A stretch of DNA of 64,000 bases, taken from positions 14,756,001 to 14,820,000 of the forward strand of contig CM022671.1 in the NCBI GenBank assembly GCA_012295275.1. The letters are read 5' to 3'. The first letter of the stretch is position 1, and each line of letters starts with the position of its first letter. Shown in pieces: positions 58,974 through 64,000 of the stretch. The position numbers and the translations under genes are program-made. Source of the DNA: Chrysomallon squamiferum (lineage: Eukaryota > Animalia > Mollusca). The notes beneath the pieces were generated by a model, which had not been told where the DNA came from, searched no databases, and was given only the letters and a program-made list of their open reading frames with translations.

Positions 58974-60749
58974 ATGTATGTATGTATGTGTGTATGTATG
59001 TATGTATGCATCAGTGAGTTAACTTCTCTCAACTATACTGTACTGTGTTTCAGTAATTTTGGACAACACTTTCGTTTTTATATAAAGATCTGAAGTGGTA
59101 AAATATTTTGAAAATAAAAACAAATGGAATGCGATTATGAGTGCTTTGAACATGTCATGCATACGAATATTTTCAATAACAGTTTATTGATTTACATTGA
59201 ATACTTAATAATACATAATACACTGTCGATGATCAGCTTTATTTACCTGTTTTATATATGTGTGTAAATATTTATGAAGGATATAATAAATTATTAGTAT
59301 TTTGATTTTGATATTTTATATATATAAAGACTAAAAGTAAAAATATTTAAATAAAATATCGCAAAATGTAAAATGCGAACGTTAAGAATTATATTAGCTA
59401 GAAATTTTCTTTTACAACTATCAACAGATTTTTACATGTAGTTTTTTTTTTTTTTTTTTTTTTCTGGTCATAGTTACCATTTAAACCACATGCCCCGGCA
59501 TCACTTCGAACTCGAAGCATTGGGCTTATCAAAATCCACTGGTTATCGGAGGGATTGTACCGCTCGGCTGACGAGTGCCTCGTTTGCCCGTCGAATCCCC
59601 GCACGCATATATCAGACCTTTCAGCGTGGCTCCGCTCACGTAGCACCGCTTCGAATGCATCGGCGCAATCTCCATCCACGCTTTCGAAACGCAGTCGAAC
59701 TTCTTCACCGAGTTGAAGTACCTGGAAGGCGCCGAGTAGCCGCCGATGATAAAGACGAACGTGTCGAGCGACACGACGGCGTGGTAGGCGATGTTCTCGT
59801 CCAGATGGTGCTGCGTGTTCCTGTACCAGCGGTCTGCCCGCGTGTCGTACGTCTCCATGACCCCGCAGACGCCGTCCACCGACCAGCCCCCTACCACGAA
59901 TATCACCTCGTACGGCACCCGGGGTCGCAGCAAGGGGTTGGAGGGGCCTTGCAGCAGCGACACGTGCGACTGGTTGTTGATTTCGCACAGTTTGTAACCT
60001 TTCTTGATGAGCTGCTTGAATTCGGGGTTGTTGAAGGCATGGTCGTTTGACAGCAGGTACTGATCGAACGTTTTTTTCCCCACCAAGCCGAGGCGAACCG
60101 CGGAAAGGAGTCTAGTGAAATGACACTTTCTTGTGTCGCCTGAAAAATTTATCCACTGCAAAGCGGCCAGACATGCATCATCTTCCGTTGGAACATTGAG
60201 ATCATCGGATTTCAAAATCATACACAAATCATCCACTGACAGCTGCTGAAATTCTGAACTGCTGTCAACAATCTGAATAAAATGCTGCATTATAAAATCC
60301 CAAGCTTTAAAAAATAACCGAGGCAAACCCAAATACTGTGAAAATTTTAAAATGCCAATCGCGTTACCGGGTTGCAGATTCTGAATCAGATAGTCACTGC
60401 AATATTTAATGAGTCCCGTAATATGAAGTCGATCAGCGGTGAAAAGAAGAGACTCGACGTTGTCTGGGTTGATGTTGACTTTTCTTGTATACGAGTATCT
60501 GATAATTTCCGCCATGTCAGTCCCAGTGACTCCGGGAATTTCCACTTCGATTTGTTTAGATTCTTTAAAGCCGGAAGTAAACAGGCCCCGAAAATATGGA
60601 CTGCAGCTCGCCAAAACAGCCCGGTGTGCATAAAGCTTACGTTTTTCATCGCATATTTTTATTATAATATCACAGAAAAGGCCTTGTTCTCTCATACTGT
60701 TAAGCTGATTATGAAAGTCCTTAACAAGAGCTTCAATAGTTTCATCCAT
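57129..60749 (-). CDS. KLHL10: Kelch-like protein 10-like (BTB-BACK-Kelch CUL3 adaptor), ~597 aa, with apparent 1-nt frameshift at ~59597-59600
   Basis: Exons: 59478-60749, 58582-58773, 58186-58305, 57129-57337, joined by phase-1 GT-AG introns. BTB: FCDIII..AHRAVLASCSPYFRGLF. KLHL10-type signatures: RPRVPYEVIFVVGGWS..ETYDTRADRW, RCYVS, RSDAGA, RSNFA, RSATSAC.IRGLPNVREY. In-frame upstream ATGs exist at 60803 and 60866. Confidence 0.9.
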
Positions 60750-60820
60750 TTCGTGAAATATTAGTCTACAAAACGTTCGATGATAAACATCTACCAACGT
60801 CATGATATATATGACTCGGG

Positions 60821-60828
60821 TGACGTCA
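60821..60828. promoter_or_regulatory. Perfect CRE palindrome (TGACGTCA) ~70 bp upstream of the likely KLHL10 start codon
   Basis: The motif is seen directly and its position is consistent with a proximal promoter; function is inferred. Confidence 0.45.
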
Positions 60829-61769
60829 TTGTGTGCTCTAAGTATAACCGTCAACATAAATATCATGTTGTTTATTCGAGTTTTTGCATTAAAAATACAA
60901 ACGAAATCAGAAAATCCGTTATGATTTCATCCCCAAATACTCTAAATCAAAAAGGATCAGGTTATATTTTCCCATTGTTTTGGGTTATCTGGAAAGACTG
61001 AAAATACAGCCGACAAAACCCTTTTAATTATTATACAAATTTTTAAAACTTTATTACAGGTTTTAATGTTTTATTGTTTTATTATTCATATACAGTTAGT
61101 TTTGTACATATGAATAATAAATTTGATAATATAAGATGTTAGTTCAGGTAAAATACAACACAAAGATTTTCAGTTAATTCATATACTATTCTCCTCAGCT
61201 TAATTAATATATATGTAAGTAATTGAATGTGGTTAAAGAATAAATAAATTAAGTGATTCTATGAAATTAAAATAATAATAATAATTTCAAATCGTGTAAG
61301 ATTATTATTATGTCAAATTATAGGTCTGATTTCGAAATCTCTTTGAAGAATGCTTTATATATATGTATGTATAACTAGTTGATGTACAAAGCATTCCAAT
61401 ATTACAAATTGCAACAAAATATGTTTTTACACGACGATGGAAGAAAACTGTATTACAGGCATCCTTATAATTATTTGAGAACTTTATAGTATCTGCTCTT
61501 GATTAGACTGCCAAAGTAATTATGATCATAACAGATTCTCGCAGAATCTCTCGCCATTTTTCTAACTGTATTGATAACTAGATGGCCTCATTAACCTAAT
61601 TTCATCTAATTTTGTTTTATTTTTCTCGTGACCGTGAATAACTGCTCCTAAATTATGATATTAACACTATAATGATTATTTTTAAAAATTCGTAACCTTC
61701 AATAAATAAAACAATGATTTAGAGCTCAAATATATTTATGCCATTCATTTATAAAAAAAAAAATAATAA

Positions 61770-62229
61770 GGTCTTCATTTTTGTTTATGATGAAGATCTG
61801 TAAGCATTAAAGAACTAACACTGAAACTAGATCAACCCATTCAACACTCCGCCATCGTCTTTCAAAACTTGAAAAGGGATCAAAACTTGGAAAGTGAGAT
61901 CCCCGTCATTTGATAAAAGTCAACGTAATACCAGACAGTGACTCAGTGCAGGTGGACCGGAAATAGATATCCGCCATTGTTAATTGTTTAGTGGGAGACA
62001 GTTGGGTTAATCCAGTCCCAGTCGCTGCCATGCTCTATAATGATCTTGGCAGACTTCAGTTACCAGGTTTCAGAACGCTTCAGTTTTGCACTGAAAAAAG
62101 GTATTTTACACACAAAGGTGTGGATCACAAGAACAATGCAAGGAATTAAGAATAGTAATCGTATACAAAGATTAAAAGGTCGTCCTTCTTCCTCTGATTA
62201 TATTCCATCTGATTACCATCTGTTCCGAA

Positions 62230-62281
<52 letters not shown>

Positions 62282-62450
62282 TTGTAGAACTATTTTAACG
62301 GGAAAGAATTCAAAACACATGAAGATATTTAAACTAATCTCTTTTCATTCTTCCCCTCTACTCCTAAAGATTTTGTTGACGTGGCATGCAGAAGATTATT
62401 TATAAATGATCTGCAAGAAGTAATTAATAATAACAGTACATACGACAGCG
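61770..62450 (+). mobile_element. Degenerate mariner transposase remnant
   Basis: Fragments occur in mariner order: RHRLSKLEKGSKLGK*DPRHL (cf. KLGKWVPHEL), HKGVDHKNNAR (cf. HHDNARPH), SSDYIPSDYHLFR (cf. YSPDLAPSDYHLF), then NYFNGKEFKTHEDI. The remnant has stops, frameshifts and a (TAT)n insertion. Confidence 0.75.
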
Positions 62451-64000
62451 ATTATTAAACAGCATTAAAACATAAATTTTCATATTATTCGATAAATAAA
62501 TAAATAAATAAATGTCTGTATTAGTCTCTCTCCTAACAACAATAGTTATAAAAACTAATTCGGAAATAACTATGTAAACCTTCTCCCGCATATATCTGTA
62601 TATGTGTATGTTTGTGTATATGTGTGCGTGTGTTTTAAAACCGATGAGAAAATGATAACTCAAAAAAGCAATTCACTGCATTAAATTTAAAATAAGAAGT
62701 AAATATCCTTAATGACAAACTATTATTAATTAAAGTCATCAGGCAGAAACATTTTAATTTTGTAATCACCATCAGCTTGAACATCATCACAAACATTTGC
62801 CGGAAATCAAAACAAACAAAAAATAAAAAGAAAGACAAGAAAGAGAAAACAAAACCCTAACACTAGAGCATTTTTCAACAACAGACGTCTGCAACCTTCT
62901 TCGACTTTAAACATTCTTTGTTTGTCATGTTTGAACTTCGCATCTTGCTTTTTGTGTACGTGACGATCTCTTCATGTTATAAATCAAAACTATCAAGTTA
63001 AATCAAATTTTACTTTCGAAACTGAATTCAAAACTATTAAATAAAATTACATTTTTTTAATATTGAAAATGAAATTAAAGACAGCCAGCTGTAAGCGTGT
63101 TTATAACTCGTACTTGCGATGTTTGACTGTCCGAAAAAAAACAAAAAAAACTTTGATTATTTATTCTCGTTTTTGTACGTCATCAAGGTAAACTGCATTC
63201 ACCTCGGAGGAAAAACAGGCAAATTACGTCGCTGAATTCGAGTGATAGAATGTCTTTCTTTCTTTCTTTCTTTTTTTTTTTTTTTTTTCTTTTTTTTTAA
63301 TATTAGTCCTGAAATATCCGCTTCACGTACAAATAACATATTTGAGCATTCTCTTAATTAAATCCATTGCTTGAATTCTGAGGGACTCGCCTGCTTTTCA
63401 AAAGCCAGTTTACATGCCAATTTTCTTAAACGTCGCTGGCCAAACCTTGTTTGTTTGTTTGTGTTGGCTGCGAAACAACATAACGTCTGTTCTTGACTGT
63501 ACATTTTTTGAAGTTTTCTTTTAAAAGATTTTCTGTGTGGATAATGTCCTAAGCGGTAGACGCCATTGTCAAACAAAGGTCATTTATAAAGATTTTGTCA
63601 AGAACGTTTTGCCGGAGACGATTTAGCGATATGGATGATTAAGGATCCCTTCCAGGTAGATACCACACATTGATTTCCAGTAGACTGCACAGAATTCTAG
63701 TCGTAAAGATTTCATTAGAAAACTTAAAACTGCAGATAATGATTTCTGATTTTTTATACAGTTTGAGTATTTTTCATTTTTATTGAATTTTATATGTATT
63801 GATCGTTATTTTATTAAAAAATGTTTCTAAAATAATATTTCTGTATGCAAATCTTAAATAAATTTAAAAAAAAATACATTAATACTTTAAATAAATAAAT
63901 AAAGGACGGGAAAAACCTATATTTGTACTAAAGATTTTCATCAACAGCTTTATATTACTCATAACTGAATTTCTTTTGGATGTTTACTCAAAAACCGTCT

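Noticed and set aside
59590-59610. Programmed frameshifting or RNA editing as explanation for the KLHL10 break
   Set aside because: No slippery heptamer or stimulatory structure is evident, and A-to-I editing cannot repair an indel; a homopolymer error is more parsimonious.
59398-60764. Overlapping ORFs on other frames and the + strand over KLHL10
   Set aside because: Shadow frames of a GC-rich coding exon; only the part of 59398-59988 below ~59597 is the true frame after the frameshift.
63358-63735. Possible minus-strand terminal exon and 72-aa ORF near window end
   Set aside because: An acceptor-like CTGCAG exists near 63731, but the frames are short and unrecognisable; cannot be supported without flanking sequence.

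Overview
AT-rich, microsatellite-laden animal genomic DNA. The P2X N-terminus and repeat landscape suggest a mollusc, probably a cephalopod (inference). Almost all real genes are intron-split, so most short ORFs in the track are repeat artefacts. By manually chaining GT/AG-bounded, phase-compatible exons I reconstruct six genes. (1) The first three coding exons of a P2X purinoceptor (-), running off the window start. (2) A 5-exon, 108-aa secreted protein with 8 cysteines (+, 8422-10676) that the ORF track does not show. (3) An intronless orphan ORF (-, 12314-13123). (4) A 5-exon type I transmembrane Thr-rich mucin-like protein (-, 14415-16655). (5) A 28-exon, ~1834-aa secreted multidomain protein (+, 25272-53517): signal peptide, EGF-like and cadherin-like prodomain, furin site, seven ~165-aa repeats, F5/8 type C domain and an Asp-box-containing C-terminal domain. 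(6) A KLHL10-like BTB-BACK-Kelch gene (-, 57129-60749) with a 1-nt frameshift in a G run. The giant gene has four different 45-54 bp intronic minisatellites, several tandem duplications that copy its own splice junctions (two copies form in-frame 21-nt microexon candidates), and one GC-AG intron. Also present are DNA-transposon relics and at least eight perfect CRE palindromes. All models are hand-built from sequence alone and untested against databases or transcripts.
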